Of a stretch of 64,000 nt of DNA, positions 54,766-61,938 are shown one piece after another. The DNA lies in the NCBI GenBank assembly GCA_016839445.1, contig JAEOUG010000027.1, positions 35,113-99,112 of the forward strand, read 5' to 3'. A model generated the notes under the pieces. That model saw nothing but the letters and a program-made list of their open reading frames with translations. It was not told the origin of the DNA and did not search any database. A program made the translations under genes and the position numbers. Numbering within the stretch: position 1 is the stretch's first letter; every line of letters begins with the position of its first letter. This DNA is from Candidatus Thorarchaeota archaeon (lineage in GTDB: Archaea; Asgardarchaeota; Thorarchaeia; Thorarchaeales; Thorarchaeaceae).

Positions 54766-55328
54766 TAGTTCGCTGAATTCTTACTCTCAGCATCCCTTAG
54801 GAAATTCTGAAGCAAATTCCCAATGCCAAGCATTTCGCACGTTGATTCTATGTAGTCGAAATCAAGCTTCTCGGCATTTCGCTTTACTATGCCAATAGCA
54901 TCTCTCAGATCCTGCTCTCCTTGAAAGAGAATCTTGTTCACAAGGGTATCTTCTGCGGTGCCAATTCGTATCGGTGTTCCAAGCAAATCGACCATCATTG
55001 CCCGGTCTATCGTCATCCTATCAAAATTGGAGTTAATCCCTTGAATATCAAGTCGAAGCAGTGTGTCTTTGAAGAATGATGTGCTATGTGATCCCTCTTT
55101 GAACGCAGCTCTGATATCTGAGGCTGATGCCACAAACCCCCGTGAGTTCAGAAATTCAGCGAATGGAGAGATTTCTGCGTCCTCCAGTTTGAGGATGAAA
55201 TCTATGTCTACTGTGGTTCGGGGTACACCATGATACATCACGGCCACTCCACCAACTATGACATAGAGGATGTGGTTTTCATTAAGATATGAACAGACTG
55301 TCTTAAGAATCTCTGAGAACTCTTCCAT
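54765..55328 (-). CDS. Pol-beta-superfamily nucleotidyltransferase (DUF6036/AbiEii/MenT-like)
   Basis: IVGGVAV..HG.PRTTVDID motif, ED.LV.K, QDLRD. Confidence 0.8.
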   Translation of the reverse strand: MEEFSEILKTVCSYLNENHILYVIVGGVAVMYHGVPRTTVDIDFILKLEDAEISPFAEFLNSRGFVASASDIRAAFKEGSHSTSFFKDTLLRLDIQGINSNFDRMTIDRAMMVDLLGTPIRIGTAEDTLVNKILFQGEQDLRDAIGIVKRNAEKLDFDYIESTCEMLGIGNLLQNFLRDAESKNSAN

Positions 55329-55481
55329 CTATCTTTCACCCGCGATTTGTAGCGCCAACGCCGAAAGCTTCAATCCCATTATCAGAGTTTCAAGACCTGT
55401 GTAGCGCCTAGCTTCGATGGCGGTTCTAACCTGTTCAAGGTCCCTTCTGCGCCTTACTTGTTCAGCTATCGGGATTGTCAT
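55329..55481 (-). CDS. 50-aa helical protein, putative antitoxin (not in ORF track)
   Basis: MTIPIAEQVRRRRDLEQVRTAIEARRYTGLETLIMGLKLSALALQIAGER; its TAG directly abuts the nucleotidyltransferase ATG. Confidence 0.6.
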   Translation of the reverse strand: MTIPIAEQVRRRRDLEQVRTAIEARRYTGLETLIMGLKLSALALQIAGER

Positions 55482-55675
55482 TCTCTTCTCATAGTAGTAT
55501 TCGCTCTGCCTCTCATATATTCTACTATCATGAAGGAGTAGAAAGAAATAAGGAATGATGGAAATTCACTATAATTAACTCCAGTTTCCGAAAACCTCCA
55601 TCCACCGCCAGTCACTAGTTACAACCGGAATAGCTCCTGGCTCTTCATAATGACATCTAATGTCTTTCAGTTGAT

Positions 55676-55730
55676 AGAAAAGAAAGAGGGATGGAAGGAG
55701 GTGCGACGGGCGCACCCTTGCGGGGTGTGT
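55676..55730 (+). repeat. Direct repeat copy R5 = hairpin/pyrimidine terminator region of the mvh-vhuU transcript
   Basis: AGAAAAGAAAGAGGGATGGAAGGAGGTGCGACGGGCGCACCCTTGCGGGGTGTG; minus strand gives GGTGCG/CGCACC hairpin + CU/U tract. Confidence 0.85.
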
Positions 55731-55765
55731 CGGACCCGGCTCAGTTCTTTACGCCGGACCTTCAT
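55729..55765 (-). promoter_or_regulatory. Eukaryote-like SECIS element (3' UTR of vhuU)
   Basis: AUGAA-GGUCCGGC-GUAAAGAACUGA-GCCGGGUC-CGAC: AUGA/GA tandem core, 8-bp helix, unpaired AAA in apical loop, about 80 nt downstream of the in-frame UGA. Confidence 0.75.
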
Positions 55766-55914
55766 CCTCCGCCGGTCACTAGCTCCTTCCGGACTATCTC
55801 GCGACCCTCATCGTCAACTACGACGAGATGAGCGCCGCATGATAGTCAGCAGTCATAGCACCGCACAACCATCTCGAGGAGGTTGAGCAGTCCTTCGGGA
55901 ATTTCTTCCGTCAT
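55762..55914 (-). CDS. vhuU: VhuU selenoprotein (separately encoded C-terminal Ni-binding peptide of [NiFeSe] hydrogenase); Sec at codon 23 (55848-55846)
   Basis: MTEEIPEGLLNLLEMVVRCYDC-U-LSCGAHLVVVDDEGREIVRKELVTGGG; matches the R.YD.[C/U]..C..H motif missing from upstream mvhA. Confidence 0.9.
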
Positions 55915-55938
55915 TGTTTTCACGTTTCCATTCTTTCC

Positions 55939-55945
55939 TTTATAA
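55939..55945 (-). promoter_or_regulatory. TATA-like box TTATAAA about 25 nt upstream of vhuU ATG
   Basis: AT-rich box at archaeal spacing for a leaderless transcript. Confidence 0.45.
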
Positions 55946-55959
55946 TCCTCAGGTGGTGG

Positions 55960-57276
55960 CTAAGTCTTCACCATCGGATCTGGTAACTTGAGGCTCTCAT
56001 GGGCCTTGTCCTCAAAGATCTGCTTCGCAGCATCCATGAGCGACTTCTCAATACCAGCAATGTTGTTGTTCGTCGCGACAATCAGGTTCGCCTTGGTGAG
56101 CATGCCATTCTCGTCGCTGACATAATTGTGCAGGAGGGTTCCTCTCGGAGCCTCCACGATTCCGACTCCTTCGCCGGCCCTCGGTTCGACATCTGAGAGT
56201 TTCACGTCTTTGCTGACGATTTCGGGGTCCTCAAGAAGCGTCTTGATCCACTCAGCAGCCTGGACCATCTCAACCACCCTTGCATAGTGGAATGCAAAGG
56301 TATGGTGGGAGGGTCGACCGATGAGCTCACGCATCTCCTTCAGCGCCGCGTCTGCCAGAGGTGTAGCCATCTTGTCTGCCACATTGCACCGTGCTAGCGT
56401 GTTGGCTCGCCAGATGCCCTCTGGGTATCCGGCAGGCTTGTAGTAGATATGCGTAGCATAGCTGTGCTTCGGGACGTGCTCGCCATAGTACTTGGTGTAG
56501 TCATGAGGATCGAAATCAGCAACAATCTTGCCTTCGGGATCCATGACTCTGACTGTCCCATCGTAGATGTCAAGCACACCCTTGTTAGCCAAGCCGAGGT
56601 AGTAGGTCGGTGTGACTGCAACCTTGGTGATGACATCGATGTAGTCGTTGACTACTGTCTTAGCAAGAGACACAGTCTTGTTGATGTTCTCAAGCATCTC
56701 AGGAACCCTGCCGAGCCAGAGGTCTCTATCCTCTTCTGACATGGGAGTCAGCTGACCACCAGGAATGGCTGTCGTCGGATGGATGGCCTTGGCACCCACG
56801 GTCTTGATCAGCTCTTGACCGAACTCCATGAGCTTGATGGCCTGAACAGCGACATCCGGCAGATGCTTCAACACTGCAGCCACATTCCTGACAGCTGGGT
56901 CCGCAAAGGGACCGAACACGAAGTCCGGAGCCGCAAGAGCGTAGAAGTGGATAGCATGGCTTGAGAGCTGCTTAGCCTCAATCATTAGCCTGCGTATCTT
57001 CACAGCTGCAGGAGGAGGTGTGACACCCCATGCATCCTCTACTGCTTTCACCGAGGCGAGGTGGTGAGGAATCGGGCAGATACCACAGATTCTTGGAGCG
57101 ATTCTTGGCGCCTCCTCCATGGGGCGACCTTCAAGAAACTTCTCGAAGAACCGGGTGGAGTTCACATTGAACTGAACATCCTTCACCTTTCCATCCTTGC
57201 CAAGTTTCAGGGTGAGCGAACCATGGCCCTCAAGACGGGTCACTGGGTCGACTCGTATCACTTTGTCTTCAGTCAT
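55960..57276 (-). CDS. mvhA: Group 3c [NiFe(Se)] hydrogenase large subunit, C-terminally truncated (VhuA type)
   Basis: TRLEGH, RICGICPIPH L1 motif, EAPRG.L.H; no DPCxxCxxH at C-terminus. Confidence 0.92.
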   Translation of the reverse strand: MTEDKVIRVDPVTRLEGHGSLTLKLGKDGKVKDVQFNVNSTRFFEKFLEGRPMEEAPRIAPRICGICPIPHHLASVKAVEDAWGVTPPPAAVKIRRLMIEAKQLSSHAIHFYALAAPDFVFGPFADPAVRNVAAVLKHLPDVAVQAIKLMEFGQELIKTVGAKAIHPTTAIPGGQLTPMSEEDRDLWLGRVPEMLENINKTVSLAKTVVNDYIDVITKVAVTPTYYLGLANKGVLDIYDGTVRVMDPEGKIVADFDPHDYTKYYGEHVPKHSYATHIYYKPAGYPEGIWRANTLARCNVADKMATPLADAALKEMRELIGRPSHHTFAFHYARVVEMVQAAEWIKTLLEDPEIVSKDVKLSDVEPRAGEGVGIVEAPRGTLLHNYVSDENGMLTKANLIVATNNNIAGIEKSLMDAAKQIFEDKAHESLKLPDPMVKT

Positions 57277-58196
57277 TTCTTCTTGGCCTCCTCGCGCTTG
57301 ATCCTGATTTGTCCAAGGTGGCTCGTTGGATAGTCGAACCTCCAGAAGGTTCCTAGCGGATCCTTAACCTGGTCGACGAGGTCCTTTGGATCCATTGGAG
57401 CGTATGAGCCCAACATGGATATTGAGTTGGCTCCGTGGTCCTGCATGATTGGAGGCGGCGGACCGAAGCAACCACGACACGTGGCGCCCTTGTTCACACA
57501 CTGCCCCTCACACAGACCCCAGGTTGCAGAGCCTACGCAGATGTATCCCTGCTCAAGCAGGCATCGGTCAGGGTCAGCGATTCCCTGATAGGGTCTCAGA
57601 ACCTTCTCGATGGGAGTCTCCTTCTTCTCACGGTTGCAGTAATGACACACGGTGTGAGGAGGCAGCTCGATTGGCTTGCCCTCAAACAGTGCGGTCAGGG
57701 CCGTGAGAATCAGTTTCGAGGTTGGCGGGCACCCTGGAAGGTAGATCTCGAAGTCCACAAACATGTTGTTGGGCTTCACCACATCAGCGATGGGTGGTAG
57801 GTTCTCAGTGGGAACCTCTCCTCCAGTGACGGTCTTGTTCTCGCGGAACTTGACGTCGTAGCACTCCTCGATGTCTGAGAAGTTCGCCATGCCGGGAATA
57901 CCTCCAAAGCATGAACATGAACCAAAGGCAATCATGGTTTGACACTTCTCTCGCATCACCTTGAGAAGGTGTATGTCCTCCTCAGTGCGAGCCATTCCTT
58001 CGTATATTCCGAGGGCGATTGACTTGTCCGGATAGCTTTCCAAGTGATGAAGTTTGAAGTCAGCCACGGCCTGCCAGTACTTGATGTCAAGCTTTGGCAA
58101 GACATCGGCCAAGGCCAGATGTATGTCAACGAGACTCTGGAAACAGCCCCAGCAGGAGCTGCCCTGTCCTAGTGCTACAGATACCGGTTCAGTCAG
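57273..58196 (-). CDS. mvhG: Hydrogenase small subunit MvhG/VhuG, probable CTG start
   Basis: In-frame upstream extension LTEPVSVALGQGSSCWGCFQS supplies the CxxC cluster ligand; GSCSCFGG, PGCPP, C..C..CLL..G..C.G, CRGC.GP. Confidence 0.9.
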   Translation of the reverse strand: MTEPVSVALGQGSSCWGCFQSLVDIHLALADVLPKLDIKYWQAVADFKLHHLESYPDKSIALGIYEGMARTEEDIHLLKVMREKCQTMIAFGSCSCFGGIPGMANFSDIEECYDVKFRENKTVTGGEVPTENLPPIADVVKPNNMFVDFEIYLPGCPPTSKLILTALTALFEGKPIELPPHTVCHYCNREKKETPIEKVLRPYQGIADPDRCLLEQGYICVGSATWGLCEGQCVNKGATCRGCFGPPPPIMQDHGANSISMLGSYAPMDPKDLVDQVKDPLGTFWRFDYPTSHLGQIRIKREEAKKK

Positions 58197-58198
58197 TC

Positions 58199-58435
58199 TT
58201 AGACCTCCTTGATTCCATACGTGAGTTCCCCTTCTTCCTCCGCCACAACCTCAACGTCACCCCATTTCAGCATCCCCATCAGATTCCAGACAACCAATTC
58301 CTTGGCGTATCTGGTCTCCTCAGAGATCTTGGTGACATTGGAAGGTCCCTTCTGGAGTATCGCCTTGATTGCAGCGCGCTGCTTGCGAACGTCTCCTCGC
58401 TTCTGAGAGAAGAACTCCTTGAACATTCTGCTCAT
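58199..58435 (-). CDS. Small winged-helix protein in hydrogenase operon
   Basis: I...LQKGP.NVTKISEET......VVWNL..M.K.G.V; ATGA overlap with mvhD. Confidence 0.7.
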   Translation of the reverse strand: MSRMFKEFFSQKRGDVRKQRAAIKAILQKGPSNVTKISEETRYAKELVVWNLMGMLKWGDVEVVAEEEGELTYGIKEV

Positions 58436-58878
58436 TTCCACTCCCTCTCAATCGGACCCAACTGCTTCACCTGCTCAACTAATGTCCTCACACCATCTGC
58501 GAAGATCTGAGCCTCTGAAGCAGAAGCCCACTGGAGTCGAACCCTTCTTGGGTCCAATCCAGCCTGTTCCAGGGCCTTTTCCATCAAGGCCCATCTAGCA
58601 CGTAGTTTCAGATTACCGCTTGTATAATGGCAGTCGCCTGGATGGCAGCCTGAAACTAGGACTCCATCTGCACCCATATCGAGTGCAGCCAATATGAACT
58701 CAGGACTAATCCTTCCTGTGCAGTTCACCCTCAGGATGCGTGCGTTTGTCGGATACTGTATTCTACTTGTTCCCGCAAGGTCGGCGCCAGCATAGGAGCA
58801 CCAGTTGCAGCAATAGGCCACAATTCTTGGCTCCCAGGCATCGCCGGACTCTTTGACTTCGGTTGTCTCTGCTGTCAT
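58432..58878 (-). CDS. mvhD: MvhD [2Fe-2S] subunit
   Basis: YCCNWCSYAGADLAG, RVNCTGRI, GCHPGDCHY, WASASE. Confidence 0.93.
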   Translation of the reverse strand: MTAETTEVKESGDAWEPRIVAYCCNWCSYAGADLAGTSRIQYPTNARILRVNCTGRISPEFILAALDMGADGVLVSGCHPGDCHYTSGNLKLRARWALMEKALEQAGLDPRRVRLQWASASEAQIFADGVRTLVEQVKQLGPIEREWK

Positions 58879-60635
58879 GCGGAACCACCTCCCTGAACAT
58901 CGGGCACGGTGCAGAGGTAGGCCTCCACCATGGCCATGATCTGTTCATCGGTTGAGTGATACATGATGATAGCGCTACTCGGACATGCTGCTGCACAGGT
59001 GCCACATCCATGACACTTGGCCTCGGTGACAAGGGCCACGGGAGGATCGTGTGACTCATCCATGGCGATTGCACCATAGGGGCATGTTGAGATGCAGGTG
59101 TGACAGGAGGAACACAGATCGGGAATCACATGAGATACTGTCGACTCGATCTCGACCTCTCCTTGTGCCATAAGACCAACAGCCTTGGCAGCTGCTCCGC
59201 TGGCGTCGATGACGGCCTCTGAGGCGTTCTTCGCAGCCTGAGCAGCGCCAGCAATCATAACACCTGCAGTGTGTGTGGTGAGAGGAGCCAGTTTGATGTG
59301 TTCAGGATTGAAGAACCCGTCACCGCTACGAGTGAGCGAGAAGAGCTTAGCAGTCTCGGTCACATCAGCTGGCGGTTGCATTCCAGTTGCGAGCACGACG
59401 ACATCAGGCTCGAACTCGAGCCTATCACCTGAGAGAACGTCAAGCCACTCCATGTGGATCTTTCCAGTCTTCTTGTTGACCTCAACAATCGGCTTCTCCT
59501 CCTGTGGGAACTTCGTGTAGATGACGTGCTTCTGCCGGGCCATCCTGTGGAATTCCTCATGTCCTCGCCCGTAGGTTCGGATATCCTGATAGAGGACTAT
59601 TGCCTCATCCACCATATCACGTAGATCACCAGCAGCCTTGGCTGTGGCTGAGCAACAATACCGGGAGCAGTGTTCATGACCAGTGACACCCGGCTCCCTA
59701 GAGCCAACGCAACCGATGAAGGCAATCTTCTTCACAGGTTTGCCATCACTGGGCCGGAGCAGCTGCTTTGCTGGCGGGAGCTCCTGCAACTCTGCAAGGG
59801 TCACAATGTCAGGTGACAACTCATAGCCGTAGTATCCATTGGGCCTGAAGGGCTCAAACCCTGTGGCAACGATGACTGTGCCAACCTCCATCTTGTGCTC
59901 CTTGTTTGTCTTCATGTTTGTAATCGTGACGCCGAAGTTGCCGATGTACCCGTCAAAGGCAGTGACCTTGCTGTCCAAGAACACCTTGATTCGCTTGTGC
60001 TTCTTGACCCCTGTGATGAGTGGCTTGATGACCTCATCGCCCGACTCGTCGGCAGGGAAGAGGTGAGTCCACTTCCGAACGCTTCCGCCAAGCATGCTGT
60101 CCTTCTCGACAAGCACGACATCGAAGCCGCGTTCACCTATATCGAGGGCGGCCCGCAGCCCTGCGATACCGCCTCCTACAACGAGGCAGACGGGCTTCAC
60201 GTTGACTGTCTTGATCGGGAGCGCCTCAAGCCTCGCGGCTCTGGCCACTGACATCTTGACCAGATCCTTTGCCTTCTCAGTGGCCTTTTCGGGTTCGCGA
60301 GAGTGACACCAGCTCACATGCTCGCGCAGATTTACCTGGTCGAACATGTACCTGTTCACATTCGCGTCCTCAACGACCTTCCTGAAGGTAGGCTCGTGCA
60401 TCCGCGGACTGCAACTGGCCACGACAACGCGGTTCAGCTTGTGCTCGGCAATCTTGTCCTTGATCAGCTGCTGCCCTGCGTCTGAACACATGAACATGTG
60501 CTCTCCAGAGTACGCGACTCCGGGCAAGTCAGCGGCCATTTTCGCTACTGCAGTGACGTCCACGGTGCCTGCAATGTTGTGTCCACAGTGGCACACGAAG
60601 ACGCCAATGCGTACTTCATCATCTGTTCCTGACAT
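58875..60635 (-). CDS. hdrA: HdrA-like protein with N-terminal Fe-S domain, FAD domain and C-terminal ferredoxin but no inserted ferredoxin
   Basis: GVFVCHCG, MCS, ASCSP, GGGIAG, GCVGSR..CSRYCC, CSSCHTC...CP / CHGCGTC...CP. Confidence 0.88.
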   Translation of the reverse strand: MSGTDDEVRIGVFVCHCGHNIAGTVDVTAVAKMAADLPGVAYSGEHMFMCSDAGQQLIKDKIAEHKLNRVVVASCSPRMHEPTFRKVVEDANVNRYMFDQVNLREHVSWCHSREPEKATEKAKDLVKMSVARAARLEALPIKTVNVKPVCLVVGGGIAGLRAALDIGERGFDVVLVEKDSMLGGSVRKWTHLFPADESGDEVIKPLITGVKKHKRIKVFLDSKVTAFDGYIGNFGVTITNMKTNKEHKMEVGTVIVATGFEPFRPNGYYGYELSPDIVTLAELQELPPAKQLLRPSDGKPVKKIAFIGCVGSREPGVTGHEHCSRYCCSATAKAAGDLRDMVDEAIVLYQDIRTYGRGHEEFHRMARQKHVIYTKFPQEEKPIVEVNKKTGKIHMEWLDVLSGDRLEFEPDVVVLATGMQPPADVTETAKLFSLTRSGDGFFNPEHIKLAPLTTHTAGVMIAGAAQAAKNASEAVIDASGAAAKAVGLMAQGEVEIESTVSHVIPDLCSSCHTCISTCPYGAIAMDESHDPPVALVTEAKCHGCGTCAAACPSSAIIMYHSTDEQIMAMVEAYLCTVPDVQGGGSA

Positions 60636-60637
60636 GT

Positions 60638-61933
60638 CTATGCACTTCCTCCGCTGAGTACTATGGTGGCCTTCATCGCTGCCGCACTTCCCGCAGAGAC
60701 TGAGTCGGGAATGTCCTTTGGTCCATCAGCACACCCGCATACGAAGATTCCAGGTGTCTTGGTAAGTATTGGTCCGAAGAACGTGTGTTCGATAGCTATG
60801 TAGCCGTCTTCGCTTTGGTTCACACCCATTTTGGTCGCCAGCGTATCCATTCCCTCAGGAGGAAGGATTCCTGGACTAATCACAACAAGGTCGTGTTCGA
60901 CCAGCCGGACCTTGGAGCTCAACGTGTCCTCGACCTTCACCACCAGATTGCCAGTGGTGCGGCCCTCCATGATCTCAGCAACTCGACCTCGTACAAATCT
61001 CACACCGAACCGGTTCTTGGCCATCTCGTAGAACTCCTCGAAGCCCTTGCCAAAGGCTCGGATGTCTGCGTAGTACACCCACACCTCTGCATTGGCGTCG
61101 TGTTCTAGGGCCATAACAGCGTTCTTGATAGAATACATGCAGCATACTCGACTGCAGAACGGGACACCCTTCTGAACGTCCCGTGCACCCACACATTGGA
61201 TGAATCCTATGCTCTTTGGCCTCTTGCCATCACTCAGTCGTACAAGATGACCGCCCGTGGGCCCAGCGGCATTGATGAGACGCTCGAACTCCATGGCATG
61301 AATGACGTTCCTGTAGGTCCCATAACCAAGCCGGGGATACTGACTGATGTCAAACAGCTCAAAGCCGGTAGCAACAATGATGGCGCCCACGTTGACGTCA
61401 ACCATCTCATCCTGCATATCGAAGTCTATGGCCTTGCGCTCGCACACCTTCACACAGCGGCCACAATCGATGCAGGTGTCTCTGTCCACAGTGTAGACGT
61501 TTGGGGTTGACTGAGGGAAGCCTACGTAGATTGCCTTTCTGAAGCCCAAGCCCTGGTCAAACTCGTTCGGGACTTCTACCGGGCACTCATCGGCACAGTC
61601 GCCACAACCTGCACAGAGATCTTCCCGTACGTATCTGGCCTTTCGCCTGATGCGCACATGAAAATCGCCAGACTTGCCTGAAACGCTCCCAACCTCCGAG
61701 TAGGTCATCATCTTGATGTTCTTGTGATGAGCCACCTCGCTCAGCTTGGGTGTCAGTATACAGGCACTACAGTCAAGGGTCGGGAAGGTCTTGTCAAGCA
61801 TGGCCATCCGGCCGCCCAGTGAGGGACTCCGTTCAACCAAGTAGACCTGGAATCCCTGATTAGCTACATCTAGCGCGGCCTGCATTCCTGCAACGCCGCC
61901 TCCAATGACCAATGCAGCCTTTGACTCGTTCAT
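60638..61933 (-). CDS. hdrA: HdrA-like protein with FAD domain and inserted 2x[4Fe-4S] ferredoxin, lacking N- and C-terminal Fe-S domains
   Basis: GGGVAG, KTFPTLDCSAC, CAGCGDC..ECP / CIDCGRC..VC, QCVGAR..CSRVCC, GPKDIP. Confidence 0.9.
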   Translation of the reverse strand: MNESKAALVIGGGVAGMQAALDVANQGFQVYLVERSPSLGGRMAMLDKTFPTLDCSACILTPKLSEVAHHKNIKMMTYSEVGSVSGKSGDFHVRIRRKARYVREDLCAGCGDCADECPVEVPNEFDQGLGFRKAIYVGFPQSTPNVYTVDRDTCIDCGRCVKVCERKAIDFDMQDEMVDVNVGAIIVATGFELFDISQYPRLGYGTYRNVIHAMEFERLINAAGPTGGHLVRLSDGKRPKSIGFIQCVGARDVQKGVPFCSRVCCMYSIKNAVMALEHDANAEVWVYYADIRAFGKGFEEFYEMAKNRFGVRFVRGRVAEIMEGRTTGNLVVKVEDTLSSKVRLVEHDLVVISPGILPPEGMDTLATKMGVNQSEDGYIAIEHTFFGPILTKTPGIFVCGCADGPKDIPDSVSAGSAAAMKATIVLSGGSA

Positions 61934-61938
61934 TCTTT

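Noticed and set aside
45817-55746. R1-R5 repeats as a CRISPR array
   Set aside because: Spacing of 0.7-5.7 kb containing whole genes, degenerate copies, no cas genes
55741-55764. Second Sec by read-through of the vhuU terminal UGA
   Set aside because: Would add only RSGVKN before another UGA and lies inside the SECIS; no catalytic rationale
55650-55886. 78-aa plus-strand ORF over the vhuU region
   Set aside because: Antisense to vhuU, SECIS and terminator, which explain the sequence much better
55762-57276. mvhA/vhuU as a broken pseudogene
   Set aside because: The split and the UGA fall exactly where the known VhuA/VhuU Sec architecture predicts, and a SECIS follows
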